Part shown: in pieces, positions 9,892-20,177 of the stretch
How the letters are laid out: each line of letters begins with the position of its first letter
Position numbering within the stretch: position 1 is the first letter of the stretch
Assembly (NCBI GenBank): GCA_000432895.1
Contig: FR889447.1
Span: 20,182 to 84,181, forward strand
DNA: 64,000 bases
From: Firmicutes bacterium CAG:449
GTDB lineage: Bacteria > Bacillota_I > Bacilli_A > RFN20 > CAG-449
Direction: 5' to 3'
The notes under the pieces: model-generated
The model's database searches: none
What the model saw: the letters and a program-made list of their open reading frames with translations, nothing else
What the model was told of the DNA's origin: nothing
Translations under genes and position numbers: made by a program

Positions 9892-10476
9892 ATGCTTTAT
9901 ACAGGAAAAAATTTAGAAGAAGCTATTAAAATAGCAGCTGAAAAAGAATATTGTTCAGAAGAAGAAATAGATTATTTACTTGTTGAACAAAATGAAGAAC
10001 AAACAACAATTGATGTTTATACAATAATGGATGTTATTGAATATGCTAAAAATTATGTTCACGATGGAATTGTTGCTTTAGGTTTTGAAAATAAAGTTAC
10101 TCCTTCTTTAAATGATGGAATTATTAATTTAAAAATTGAATCAGATCGTAATTCAATTTTAATTGGCAAAAATGGTAAATCATTACAAGCTTTAAATGAA
10201 TTAACAAAATTAGCAGTTAATAATAAATTTAAAAAGAGATTTAGAATTTTATTAGATATTAATGGATATAAACTTGAAAAATATTCAAAATTAGTTTCTA
10301 TTGCTAGACATTTAGCTCACGAAGTTCAAAAAACAAAAACAGATGTTGTTCTTGATCCAATGCCAGCTGATGAAAGAAGAGCAATTCATAATGCTCTTGC
10401 AGGTATGCCTCATATTAAGACTGAATCAGAAGGATTTGGTAAAGATAGACAACTTCATATTAAATATGTTGATTAA
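9892..10476 (+). CDS. khpB: Jag/KhpB RNA-binding protein (KH plus R3H domains)
   Basis: 194 aa. KH-like ILIGKNGKSLQALNEL. C-terminal R3H region VLDPMPADERRAIHNAL. Canonical position after yidC. Confidence 0.8.
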   Translation: MLYTGKNLEEAIKIAAEKEYCSEEEIDYLLVEQNEEQTTIDVYTIMDVIEYAKNYVHDGIVALGFENKVTPSLNDGIINLKIESDRNSILIGKNGKSLQALNELTKLAVNNKFKKRFRILLDINGYKLEKYSKLVSIARHLAHEVQKTKTDVVLDPMPADERRAIHNALAGMPHIKTESEGFGKDRQLHIKYVD

Positions 10477-10502
10477 GATGATTGAAAAATCATCTTTTTT
10501 CT
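10474..10502 (+). terminator. Intrinsic terminator after jag
   Basis: Stem AAGATGATT / AATCATCTT with a GAAA loop, followed by TTTTTTC. The stop codon is embedded in the left arm. Confidence 0.75.
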
Positions 10503-10590
10503 TCCTTTGCAAAAATAATTTTTTTAAAAACGTTAGAAAATTGCCTAAAAATAGGCTATAATTATAATATAGAAATTTGCGGAGGATTTA

Positions 10591-11087
10591 TGATTAAAAT
10601 TGGACAAATCGTTGTTACTAAAAATTCAGGAGTATGTAAAATTATTACTGAAGAAGAAATGAATTTTGGAGCAGGAGTCAAAAAATATTATGTTTTACGT
10701 CCAGTTTTTGCTAAAGATCAATCATCAAAAGTTTATATTCCAGCAGATCAAAATGGATTATTACGTCCATTAATGAAAAAAGAAGAAATTTTAGATGTAA
10801 TAGATAATATGCCAAAAATGGAAAAAATTTGGTTTAATGATCAAAAAGAAAGAAGAAGTAAATTTGATGAAATTTATCGTCGTGGCAATATTTATGAAAT
10901 ATGTCAATTAGTTAAATCGTTATATTTACATAATGAAGAGTTAAAATTATCTAAGCATACATTATCAATGTTAGATCGTGAATATTTAAACAAATTAAAA
11001 GAAGGTGTTTATCAAGAATTTTCTTTAGCTTTAGATATTCCTTATGAAGAAGTCGATAATTATATTGAAAAAAGAATAAGTTGTTAA
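10591..11087 (+). CDS. CarD/CdnL-family RNA-polymerase-interacting transcription factor
   Basis: Start chosen at the ATG with a GGAGG RBS. MIKIGQIVVTKNSGVCKI...YYVLRP...YIPADQ...LLRPLMKKEEI...KFDEIYRRGNIYEICQLVKSLYL aligns along its whole length with the CarD_CdnL_TRCF N-domain plus the C-terminal helical domain. Confidence 0.65.
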
Positions 11088-11809
11088 AATTTTCTCATAC
11101 TATTAGTATGAGATTTTTTAATTTTTTACAACAAAAAAGAAAAGAGAATATTTTAAAACCTTTTGATTTGGTTTATTTATATTTAATTGGCGGATTGATT
11201 GGAACTATATATGAAGAAATATTCTATTTAATTACTATTAATAAATTTGTTAATTCCAGTGGATCAGTTGTTTTACCATTTAATATGGTTTATGGGTTAG
11301 GAATTGTTTTAATTACTTTTTGCTTTTATCAAGTTAGTAATTGGCTATTAATATGGCTTTTTAGTGGAGTTTTATGTGGAATAGTAGAATATATTTCTTC
11401 TTTTTTATCTGAAAAAACAATGCATGTTATAAGTTGGGATTATAGTGATAAGATAATGAATTTAAATGGTCGAACAACAATTCCATTGATGGTTTTATGG
11501 GGACTTGCAGGAATGGTTATGATTGTTTTAATTGTTCCATTTCTTTTAAAGTTAATTCATAAAATACCAGACAAGGTTTATAATACTTTAGCTTTGATTT
11601 TTTTATTAATGATTATTTTTGATTTAGTGATTTCTTTTTTAGCGGTTTTTCGTTATTCACAAAGATATCATCAGCAAGATAGTAATAATGAAATAATGAA
11701 ACTAATTGATAAATTGTTTGATGATAATTATATGAAAGAAAAATTTCCTAATTTAAAATTTATTTACTTTAAAATTAATGGACTTATATCTATATATAAA
11801 ATAATTTAG
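11081..11809 (+). CDS. Polytopic membrane protein of unknown function (5-6 TM; contains WDYS motif)
   Basis: 242 aa and hydrophobic. 7-nt overlap with the upstream gene. No catalytic motif recognised. Confidence 0.4.
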   Translation: MLKFSHTISMRFFNFLQQKRKENILKPFDLVYLYLIGGLIGTIYEEIFYLITINKFVNSSGSVVLPFNMVYGLGIVLITFCFYQVSNWLLIWLFSGVLCGIVEYISSFLSEKTMHVISWDYSDKIMNLNGRTTIPLMVLWGLAGMVMIVLIVPFLLKLIHKIPDKVYNTLALIFLLMIIFDLVISFLAVFRYSQRYHQQDSNNEIMKLIDKLFDDNYMKEKFPNLKFIYFKINGLISIYKII

Positions 11810-11842
11810 TCATGGTATTATTTTCATGTAAGCGCTTTAATT

Positions 11843-14256
11843 ATGGAGGATAATATGAAAAAAAGCATAAAAGTATTAAGTGGACTTTTACTTATGACAA
11901 CTTTGTTTTCATGTGGAAATGAAAATAGTAGTTCCAATCTAATTAATACAAGTTCATTTAATACAAGTAAAACTACAAGTGAAAAACAATCTATATATGG
12001 ATTAACTTTTATTGTTGGTACAGAAAAGAAAGAAACTTATAATAAAGAAATTGATTTAAATTCTATTGATAATGATATTATAAGATTAAAAGTAACTAAA
12101 GATGATGAAGAAGTAAATAATGAAGAAATAATTTATTCTGTTGATGGTGATCAAAATACTATTAAGTCAATAGATTTATCTACTAATTCTAATCATAATT
12201 ATGCAACAGTTAATTTTAATGGTGTGGGAAATGTAACTATTACGTTTAGTCTTGCATTACATAATGAAGTTAGCAGTGTTTCAGTTACTTATAATGTTAC
12301 ACAAGGATTTTTAAATAAAACTATTATGCGTGGTGATATCAAAGAAGAGAATGGTGTAATTATTATTCCAAGTAAAGTTCAAGCTACCGCGGTTGCTGCT
12401 AAAGCTGATACAAAATGGGTGTTGTCTGCGATAATGGAAGTTCCTTTATATTCATCAAGTGAATCATTTGGTATGGAAGTGAATCATTTGGTATGGGGTC
12501 ATTTATTGATGAAGGAAATATTGCTTTTTGGTCTGCTTTAAGAAATTCTAATAAAACAAAAGATGGAAAGTATGACATCTATGTTCGTGATTTTTTCTCA
12601 GGATGGGATACTCCTTCTTATGACAAGGAAGCTTGTTTAGAATATAAAAATCTTGATTTTCCTCTTGAAAATGAAAAAACTATTGTTGATTTTAAATTAA
12701 TTAGAAATGGATTAAATTATTATTTTGAAATTAATGGTTATCATTATCAATATGAATCAAAAGAAGAAAAACCAACATATCCAGGCTTTTTCTCACAAAA
12801 TCAAAGTGCAGAAATTAAAAATTATCAAGTAAATTATGATCAAAAATGTGTTGATGAAGCTATTGAAAAAGAATGGAATGATAATTCTAAATTAGATATT
12901 TTAAAATTTTTAGAAAAAGATTCCACTTCAATAAAAGCAGGTGAAAGTAGAAGTTTTAATGTTGTTAAGGCTCCTGAATATGCAAAAGAAAATTATGTCT
13001 TTGATGTTAATGAAGAATATAAAGATTTTGTTGTAATTGAAAATAATTTAATAAAAGTTAATGAAAATGCTCCTGAAGGATTATTAGAAGTAACTTTATC
13101 TTCTGAAAGTAAAAAAATTACAGATAAATATTCTATTCAAATTACAAAAGATGTGCAAATTACAGAAAATGATTATATTTTAGCAACAGGTGGATCATAT
13201 TTATCTTCTTCAAATAGTATAGTTTTTCCAGAAGCTTTATTTGAAAATAATGGTATTGGTAATGAAACAAAATATGATTCTTCACCAACATATGGAGCAA
13301 TCTTAAAACAAAAAGTATATGGATGTTCATTTACTTTAGAATTTGATGTTAATAATTATAATGGACATGGACAAGAAAAGAATAATTTATTAATTTCTTT
13401 AGGTGGTAGATTTAATCAATATTATTTTTCTTTTGGTAATGGGGTTGCAAATGTAAATGTATATACTCAATCTTTAAAACAAAATAGAACTAACGAAGGA
13501 TCAAATATTATTGCAAATCAATTAAGTGGTTTAGATGGAAATAATCATCATGTTAGAATTCATTCAAATGAAGGAACTATTGAAATAACAATTGATAATA
13601 AAAAAGTAGTATTTTCTGAAGCAGTTCCATTAATGAATTTATCTTCTTTCTTCATGGAGTTACCTGTTAGAATAGCAACTAATAATGCATCCTGTGAAAT
13701 AAATAATATTGTTACTACTAAAGGAGAAATATCAAATAAAAATGTTTACTCTCACAATTCTAATTATGCATATCAGCAAGATGGTAAGTATGTTATTTCA
13801 ATGCTTACAAATAATGGATGGGATTATCGAGATAGATTAGATTTAAATGCTTGTACTTTTAAAGAATTTGGTAAATGCCAAGGAGCTTACATTGCAAAAT
13901 TTAAAGCAACTTTAGAAGGGGCTGGATCTAGTTCAAAATTATGCATAAGAATAGGAGATGAACAAGAACAAGAGGCACAAATTTGTTTTGGCGAAAATAA
14001 AATTGAAAATGGTAGTTTTAAAAATTCGTCATCAATTAATATTTCAAAAAATGATACTGTTTATGTAACAATTTATAGAAATAACAATGGTAAAGCTAAT
14101 ATTGGTGTTGCAAAAAATGAAAATGATGAACCAACATATATTGCTAAAGAATTTGAAAATGTTTCTGATAATGGAATATGGTTATGGGCAAGAAATTCTA
14201 AAAATGAAACAACTAAAAAAGTGTATATTGAAAATATTGTGGTGGAAAATTTATGA
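11843..14256 (+). pseudogene. Large surface lipoprotein gene (about 805 aa, Big_2-like plus jelly-roll-like domains) split into two ORFs by a 20-bp tandem duplication (11843..12541 and 12493..14256)
   Basis: Lipobox LFSC-GN at the N-terminus (probable start ATG 11855 after GGAGG). ORF1 reads ...SSESFGME then runs into an out-of-frame tail. ORF2 in the +2 frame reads SESFGMGSFIDEGNIAFW.... The duplicated 20-mer GTGAATCATTTGGTATGG(AA/GG) sits exactly at the junction. Removing one copy restores a single ORF. Confidence 0.6.
12459..12498 (+). repeat. Perfect-but-2 tandem duplication of a 20-bp unit (gtgaatcatttggtatggaa / gtgaatcatttggtatgggg)
   Basis: Direct reading: copies at 12459-12478 and 12479-12498. 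20 bp is not a multiple of 3, so the duplication causes a +2 frameshift. Confidence 0.9.
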
Positions 14257-15362
14257 AAAAAGAAATAATAGTTTTATCTTTACTAGTTATGATGGTTTCT
14301 TGTGGAGAACAAAATAGCACTATAGAAACGTCAAAAAATGATTATAATATTAAATTAAACCAAATAAATGAAGCAAGTATTCATACTGATTTGCAAAATG
14401 ATTTTTTGCTTGTAGGAGCAGAAGGATTAAGTTCACTTGGAATAAATGGATCAACAGAAAATTCTAGACCTAATGCAATTACATTTTCTTGGGAATATGA
14501 ATTACCTCAGGATGATAATTTATTTTTATTAAAAATTTCGGAAAATGAAGATTTAAGTGATTGTTGGGAATATGAAATTAATGATAATCACTATGACGTT
14601 TATAATTTAAAAGTTGGAACTAAATATTATTGGAATGTTTCTACTTTACAAAATAATTATTCAAGTGAAATATCTTCATTTATGACATCTTTAGATAATC
14701 CAAGAAATCTTTATATAGATGGTATAACAAATGTTAGAGATATTGGAGGATGGATGATTGATGAACATACTAGAGTTAGACAAGGTTTAGCGTATAGGTG
14801 TGGAAGATTAAATAAATCTTCTTCTGATACTTTAGAAGTAGAAATTACTGAAGAAGGTATCTCACAAATGAATGATTATCTTGGAATAAAATCAGAAATT
14901 GATTTACGATTAGTTAATAATAACGAAGTTGGAAAATATACTCAATCTGCTTTAGGTGAAGAAATTAATTATTATCAATGCCCAATGGGATATAATGGAA
15001 ATTATTTAGAAAATAATAAATTAATGGTTAAAGAAGTATTTTCATTGTTAAGTGATAAGAATAATTACCCTCTTATTTATCATTGTAATATTGGAACTGA
15101 TAGAACAGGATTAATAACATATATGCTTAATGGTTTATTAGGAGTTGATCAAGAAGATTTATTTATTGATTATGAGTTTTCTAATCTTGGTAAAATAGAT
15201 GGTACAAGAAATAGAAATAGCCTTATATCTAATTATGTATATACATTAAATTTATCATCTGGTAACACTCTTTCTGAAAAGATTGCAAACTATTTATTGA
15301 ACATTGGAATTAATCAAATTCAAATAGATACAATTATAGATTTATTTACTGAAAAAATTTAA
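14253..15362 (+). CDS. Secreted lipoprotein with C-terminal protein-tyrosine-phosphatase-like domain (Y_phosphatase3-type, CX5R)
   Basis: Lipobox MMVSC-GE. Active-site signature HCNIGTDRTG (H-C-x5-R) about 90 aa from the C-terminus. ATGA overlap with the upstream lipoprotein gene. Confidence 0.6.
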   Translation: MKKEIIVLSLLVMMVSCGEQNSTIETSKNDYNIKLNQINEASIHTDLQNDFLLVGAEGLSSLGINGSTENSRPNAITFSWEYELPQDDNLFLLKISENEDLSDCWEYEINDNHYDVYNLKVGTKYYWNVSTLQNNYSSEISSFMTSLDNPRNLYIDGITNVRDIGGWMIDEHTRVRQGLAYRCGRLNKSSSDTLEVEITEEGISQMNDYLGIKSEIDLRLVNNNEVGKYTQSALGEEINYYQCPMGYNGNYLENNKLMVKEVFSLLSDKNNYPLIYHCNIGTDRTGLITYMLNGLLGVDQEDLFIDYEFSNLGKIDGTRNRNSLISNYVYTLNLSSGNTLSEKIANYLLNIGINQIQIDTIIDLFTEKI

Positions 15363-15450
15363 TAATATATTTTCTCTTAAGAGGTAATATTGAAAAAAGA
15401 ATGTATTTGTTGTACATTGTAATTAAATAAAATTTAATTAAGAGGCAATT

Positions 15451-16449
15451 ATGAAACTAAATGTTAATTTAAAAGATAAATCATATGAAGTAATTGTTGA
15501 AAGAGGAATTATAAAAAATATTACACCTTATGTAGACATTGAAAAAAAGTTTTTAATTGTTAGTGATGATAGAATTCCTAATGTTTATATTAACACCATA
15601 AAAAAACAATTAAAGAAAGTTGATGTTTTTATTTTTCCACATGGTGAAAATAATAAATCTTTAAAAAATTATCAATTAGTTATTGATAAATTAATTCAAG
15701 GTGATTATTCTCGAAAAGATTATATAATCGCTCTTGGTGGTGGGGTAGTTACCGATTTAGCGGGTTTTGTTGCATCTACATATAAAAGAGGCATGAATTT
15801 AATTAATATTCCAACGACAACTTTAGCAATGGTTGATGCATCTGTTGGTGGAAAAGTCGCTTTGAATTTTGATAAATTAAAAAATGTAATAGGATCATTT
15901 TATCATCCTAACTGTATTTTAATTGATATTGATACTTTAGAAACTTTGCCAAAAAGACATTATATTAATGGAGTAATTGAAGCTTTAAAAACAGGAATGA
16001 TTGGTGATAAAGAATTATATAATATTTTCTTTAATGGTGATTATAGAGATCATATAGAGGAAATTATTTATCGTTCTTTACAATATAAAATTAAAATTGT
16101 TGAACAAGATGAAAAAGAAGAAAATATCAGAAAAGTTTTAAATTTCGGACATACTTTTGGTCATGCTTATGAAACATATTTTTTAATGAAAAATTATCTT
16201 CATGGAGAAGCAGTGGCTTTAGGAATTGTTACTATCAGTAAAGATAAACCATATTTAGAAGATATAAAAAAAATATTTACTAAATGGGGAATTAAATTAA
16301 ATATTAATGTTGAAAAAGATAAAATAATTAATATCATTAGAAATGATAAAAAATGCGATGATGATATAGTTGATTTAATTATTGTTGATGAAATTGGTAA
16401 AAGTAAAATTGTTCCAACCAAAATAGAAGATTTATCGAGGTATTTATGA
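15451..16449 (+). CDS. aroB: 3-dehydroquinate synthase
   Basis: 332 aa. NAD-binding GGGVVTDLAGFVAS. Metal-binding region KVLNFGHTFGHAYE. Confidence 0.9.
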   Translation: MKLNVNLKDKSYEVIVERGIIKNITPYVDIEKKFLIVSDDRIPNVYINTIKKQLKKVDVFIFPHGENNKSLKNYQLVIDKLIQGDYSRKDYIIALGGGVVTDLAGFVASTYKRGMNLINIPTTTLAMVDASVGGKVALNFDKLKNVIGSFYHPNCILIDIDTLETLPKRHYINGVIEALKTGMIGDKELYNIFFNGDYRDHIEEIIYRSLQYKIKIVEQDEKEENIRKVLNFGHTFGHAYETYFLMKNYLHGEAVALGIVTISKDKPYLEDIKKIFTKWGIKLNINVEKDKIINIIRNDKKCDDDIVDLIIVDEIGKSKIVPTKIEDLSRYL

Positions 16450-17498
16450 GTTTTGGTGAAGAAGTAAAAATAAGTTTATTTGGTGAATCACATTCTTATT
16501 GTGTAGGAATGTTAATTGAAGGACTTAAAAGCGGAATATATTTAGATATAAATTATTTAGAAGAAAAATTAAAAAAGAGAAAAACACATGATAAATTATC
16601 TACTTCTAGGAATGAAGAAGATAAAATTGATTTTTTAAGTGGAGTTTTTAATAATTATACTGATGGTAGTCCTCTTGTTTTTATTATTAAAAATAAAGAT
16701 GTCAAAAGTGAAGATTATATTAAAGGGAATATAAGACCATCTCACGCAGATTATACTTATTATGAAAAATATCATCATTATAATGATTATCGCGGTGGAG
16801 GATATTCTTCTGGAAGATTAACCGCGCCTATTATTGTTTTAGGAGCGATTATAGAAAGTATTTTACCTAATATTAAGGTTACTTCTCGAATTTATCAAAT
16901 TGGTGATGTTTTTGATGATGAAGAAGTTGATATTAATTTGTTAGAGGGGTTATTTGCAACTTCTAATAAAGAAAAATCTATTTTAATGCAAAAAGAAATT
17001 GAAAAAGCAAAATTAGATAATGATTCTCTTGGTGGAATTGTTGAAACTTTTGTTCAAGGAGTTCCCATTGGTTTAGGTGAACCTTTTTTTGATAGTTTAG
17101 AAAGTATGATTTCACATGCTTTATTTTCTATTGGAGGAGTTAAAGGAGTTCTTTTTGGTGATGGAATTAAATTTGCTTCCTCTAGAGGTAGTGAAGTAAA
17201 TGATCAAATGTCATATATAGATGGAAAAGTTACTTATTTAACTAATCATAATGGAGGGATCAATGGGGGTATTTCTAATGGCCAAGTGATTAGTTTTAAA
17301 ACTATTATTAAACCAACTTCATCTATTTCTAAAACAATGAAAACAATTAATGTTCAAGATCAAAGTAATATTGAATTAAATTTAAAAGGTCGACATGATA
17401 GTTGTTTAGTTCATCGTATAAAACCAGTTATTGATGCGTTAACATATTATGTAATTTATGAAATGATGTTAAGAGGAAAAAAATGGAATACGGATTGA
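16446..17498 (+). CDS. aroC: Chorismate synthase
   Basis: 350 aa. FGESHS near the N-terminus. RPSHADYTYYEKY, SSGR and GGISNGQ signature regions. Confidence 0.9.
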   Translation: MSFGEEVKISLFGESHSYCVGMLIEGLKSGIYLDINYLEEKLKKRKTHDKLSTSRNEEDKIDFLSGVFNNYTDGSPLVFIIKNKDVKSEDYIKGNIRPSHADYTYYEKYHHYNDYRGGGYSSGRLTAPIIVLGAIIESILPNIKVTSRIYQIGDVFDDEEVDINLLEGLFATSNKEKSILMQKEIEKAKLDNDSLGGIVETFVQGVPIGLGEPFFDSLESMISHALFSIGGVKGVLFGDGIKFASSRGSEVNDQMSYIDGKVTYLTNHNGGINGGISNGQVISFKTIIKPTSSISKTMKTINVQDQSNIELNLKGRHDSCLVHRIKPVIDALTYYVIYEMMLRGKKWNTD

Positions 17499-18730
17499 TT
17501 GGAAAAGTATTAGTTCATTCTTATTCACAATATATTCATACTTTACTAACACAAAAAGAATATGTTTTAAAATCTTTAGATGAAAATGAATTTATAAATT
17601 TTATGAAAAATAAAGATTTTAAAGGAATTAATGTTACTATTCCTTATAAAGAAAAAGTTATTCCTTACTTAGATGAAATTGATGAAAAAGCTTCTTTAAT
17701 AGGGGCCGTTAATACTATTATTAATCAAAATAATCATTTAAAAGGCTATAATACTGATTATTATGGTTTTATCAAGATGATAAAAAGACATAACATCAAT
17801 TTTGAAAATAAAAAAGTTTTGATTTTAGGTTCTGGAGGAACTTCAAAAACTATTAAACAAGCTTTAATTGATTTATCCGCTAAAGAAATATATATTGTTT
17901 CAAGAACGAAAAAGAAGAATGTTATTACTTACCAAGAATTAGATAATTATTTTGATATAGATTGTATTATTAATACTACACCATATGGAATGTATCCAAA
18001 TTATGAAAAAGATACTTTAATAGATGTAAAAAAATTTCCGTATTTAAGTTTATGTATTGATATAATTTATAATCCATATAAAACAAATTTTTTATTAGAA
18101 GCAAAAAAAAGAAATATTAAAATTATTTCAGGACTAGAAATGCTTGTTGAACAAGCAATTTTAGCAAGTGAATTATTTTTTAATGTTAAATATAGTGAAA
18201 TTGTGTATAAAAATATTTTTCATCAAACAATGTTAAAATATAATAATATTGTTTTAATTGGAATGCCTGCTTCTGGAAAAACTACAGCTTCAAGAATATT
18301 ATCAAAAAAATTAAAAATGGAATATCTTGATTTAGATGAAGAATTTGAAAAAATTAATAATGTTTCAATTAAAGAGTATTTTGAAAAATATTCAGAAAGT
18401 GCTTTTAGAGAGCAAGAAAATCAAATAGTAAAAAGTATAAAAGATGTTCGAGGAAAAATAATTTCTACTGGGGGAGGAACTTTCTTAAACGAAGAAAATG
18501 CAGAAATTTTATCAAGAAATGGAATTGTTATATTTTTAAATAGAGATTTATATTCAATAAAAAAAATAAAGTCTTTAAAGAAAACTAGACCTTTACTTAC
18601 TGATAATAATGCTTTACAAGATTTATATGAAAAAAGAATAGAAATATATAAAAAATATGCAGATAAAGAAATTTATTGTAAAGGAACAAAACTTAATACA
18701 ATTAATTTAATTTTGGAGAGTTTAAGATGA
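17483..18730 (+). CDS. aroE-aroK: Bifunctional shikimate dehydrogenase / shikimate kinase fusion
   Basis: Residues about 1-245 are a complete SDH (GINVTIPYK, GAVNT, GYNTDYYG, ILGSGGTSK, NTTPYGM). Residues about 250-415 are a complete shikimate kinase (Walker A GMPASGKTT, STGGG). Confidence 0.85.
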   Translation: MEYGLIGKVLVHSYSQYIHTLLTQKEYVLKSLDENEFINFMKNKDFKGINVTIPYKEKVIPYLDEIDEKASLIGAVNTIINQNNHLKGYNTDYYGFIKMIKRHNINFENKKVLILGSGGTSKTIKQALIDLSAKEIYIVSRTKKKNVITYQELDNYFDIDCIINTTPYGMYPNYEKDTLIDVKKFPYLSLCIDIIYNPYKTNFLLEAKKRNIKIISGLEMLVEQAILASELFFNVKYSEIVYKNIFHQTMLKYNNIVLIGMPASGKTTASRILSKKLKMEYLDLDEEFEKINNVSIKEYFEKYSESAFREQENQIVKSIKDVRGKIISTGGGTFLNEENAEILSRNGIVIFLNRDLYSIKKIKSLKKTRPLLTDNNALQDLYEKRIEIYKKYADKEIYCKGTKLNTINLILESLR

Positions 18731-19161
18731 AGATAATGATTATCAATGGACCAAATATTAATATGCTTGGTATTCGAGAAACAAATTTATATGGAATTAC
18801 TTTTTATCATGATTTAGAAAAGAAAATAAAAATCTGGGCTAAAGAAAATAATCTTAAAGTTGAAATTCATCAATCCAATTATGAAGGAAAAATCATTGAT
18901 TTAATACAAAAGGCTTATTTTAAAAAATTTAATGGTATAATATTAAATGCTGGGGGTTATACACATACCTCAATTTCAATTTTAGATGCCTTAAAATCAA
19001 CAAATATTCCTTGTATAGAGGTTCATTTAACTGATATAGAAAAAAGGGAAGAATATAGAAAGCGTTCATATATTTCTGAATATGCATTTAAGGTTATCAA
19101 AGGTCTTGGTATAGAAGGTTATCACCAAGCGTTAGTTAGTTTTAAGGAGAATGAAATATGA
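18727..19161 (+). CDS. aroQ: 3-dehydroquinate dehydratase, type II
   Basis: 144 aa. MKIMIINGPNINMLGIRE and HLTDIEKRE signature. Confidence 0.9.
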   Translation: MKIMIINGPNINMLGIRETNLYGITFYHDLEKKIKIWAKENNLKVEIHQSNYEGKIIDLIQKAYFKKFNGIILNAGGYTHTSISILDALKSTNIPCIEVHLTDIEKREEYRKRSYISEYAFKVIKGLGIEGYHQALVSFKENEI

Positions 19162-20177
19162 TTCTAATTATAAAAAATGAAGCCACAGAAAAAAGTATTA
19201 TTGAATTACAAGATTATTTGGCAGATAACAATTTCTTTTATGAAATTATTCAAGGTAATAATACAAAAGTAATGACAGTTATTGGTGATACTTCTTTACT
19301 TGATGATAATATTGTTCGTTCGTTTGATTGTGTTGATGATGTTAAAAGAATTACTCCTGCTTATAAAAAAGTAAGTAGAAAATATCATCCAGAAGATACG
19401 ATTGTTGAGGTTAATGGAATTAAAATAGGTGGAAAAGAAAATGTTGTTTTAATTGCTGGACCATGTTCAATTGAAGGAGAACAATCAACTTTATATATTG
19501 CTGAAAATGTTCAAAAGATTGGAGCTAAAATTTTTAGAGGTGGAGCTTATAAAGGAAGAACTTCACCATATTCATTCCAAGGCTTAAAACAAGAAGGTTT
19601 AAAAGATTTACAAAAAGTAAAAACTTATTTTAATATGCCAGTAGTTTCAGAAATTTTATCTATTGAACAAATTCCTGAATTTGTTGAAAAAGTAGATATT
19701 ATTCAAGTTGGTGCAAGAAATATGCAAAATTATGAATTATTAAAAGCTTTAGGTAAAATAAATAAACCAATTTTATTAAAAAGAGGAATGTCTGCGACAA
19801 TTGAAGAATTATTAATGGCAGCAGAATATATTGTTAATGGTGGTAATAAGAATGTTATTCTTTGTGAAAGAGGAATTAGAACATTTGAAAAAGCATTTAG
19901 AAATACTTTAGATTTAGCTTCTGTTCCTTATTTAAAGAAAATAACTCATTTACCAATTATTGTTGATCCTTCTCATGGAACTGGAAGAAGAGAATTAGTT
20001 GAACCTATGACGCTTGCAGCGATTGCTTGTGGAGCAGATGGAGTAATGATGGAAGTTCATAATAATCCTCAATGTGCTTTCTCTGATGGAGCACAATGCA
20101 TTGATTTTGAAGAATTTGCTCAAATTGTCAAAAAATCTAAATTAATTGCTAAGGCTATTGGAAGGGATATTTATTAA
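19158..20177 (+). CDS. aroF: 3-deoxy-7-phosphoheptulonate (DAHP) synthase, KDO8PS-like type I-beta, with N-terminal ferredoxin-like regulatory domain
   Basis: 339 aa. The core has LIAGPCSIE, KPILLKRG and VDPSH motifs. An extension of about 80 aa precedes the core. No chorismate mutase domain. Confidence 0.85.
   Translation: MILIIKNEATEKSIIELQDYLADNNFFYEIIQGNNTKVMTVIGDTSLLDDNIVRSFDCVDDVKRITPAYKKVSRKYHPEDTIVEVNGIKIGGKENVVLIAGPCSIEGEQSTLYIAENVQKIGAKIFRGGAYKGRTSPYSFQGLKQEGLKDLQKVKTYFNMPVVSEILSIEQIPEFVEKVDIIQVGARNMQNYELLKALGKINKPILLKRGMSATIEELLMAAEYIVNGGNKNVILCERGIRTFEKAFRNTLDLASVPYLKKITHLPIIVDPSHGTGRRELVEPMTLAAIACGADGVMMEVHNNPQCAFSDGAQCIDFEEFAQIVKKSKLIAKAIGRDIY

Noticed and set aside
15363-15450. 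Small hairpin GAATGTA-tttgttg-TACATTG upstream of aroB as an attenuator
   Set aside because: The stem is 6 bp and AT-rich. The leader is too short for T-box- or TRAP-type control. It is probably chance symmetry.
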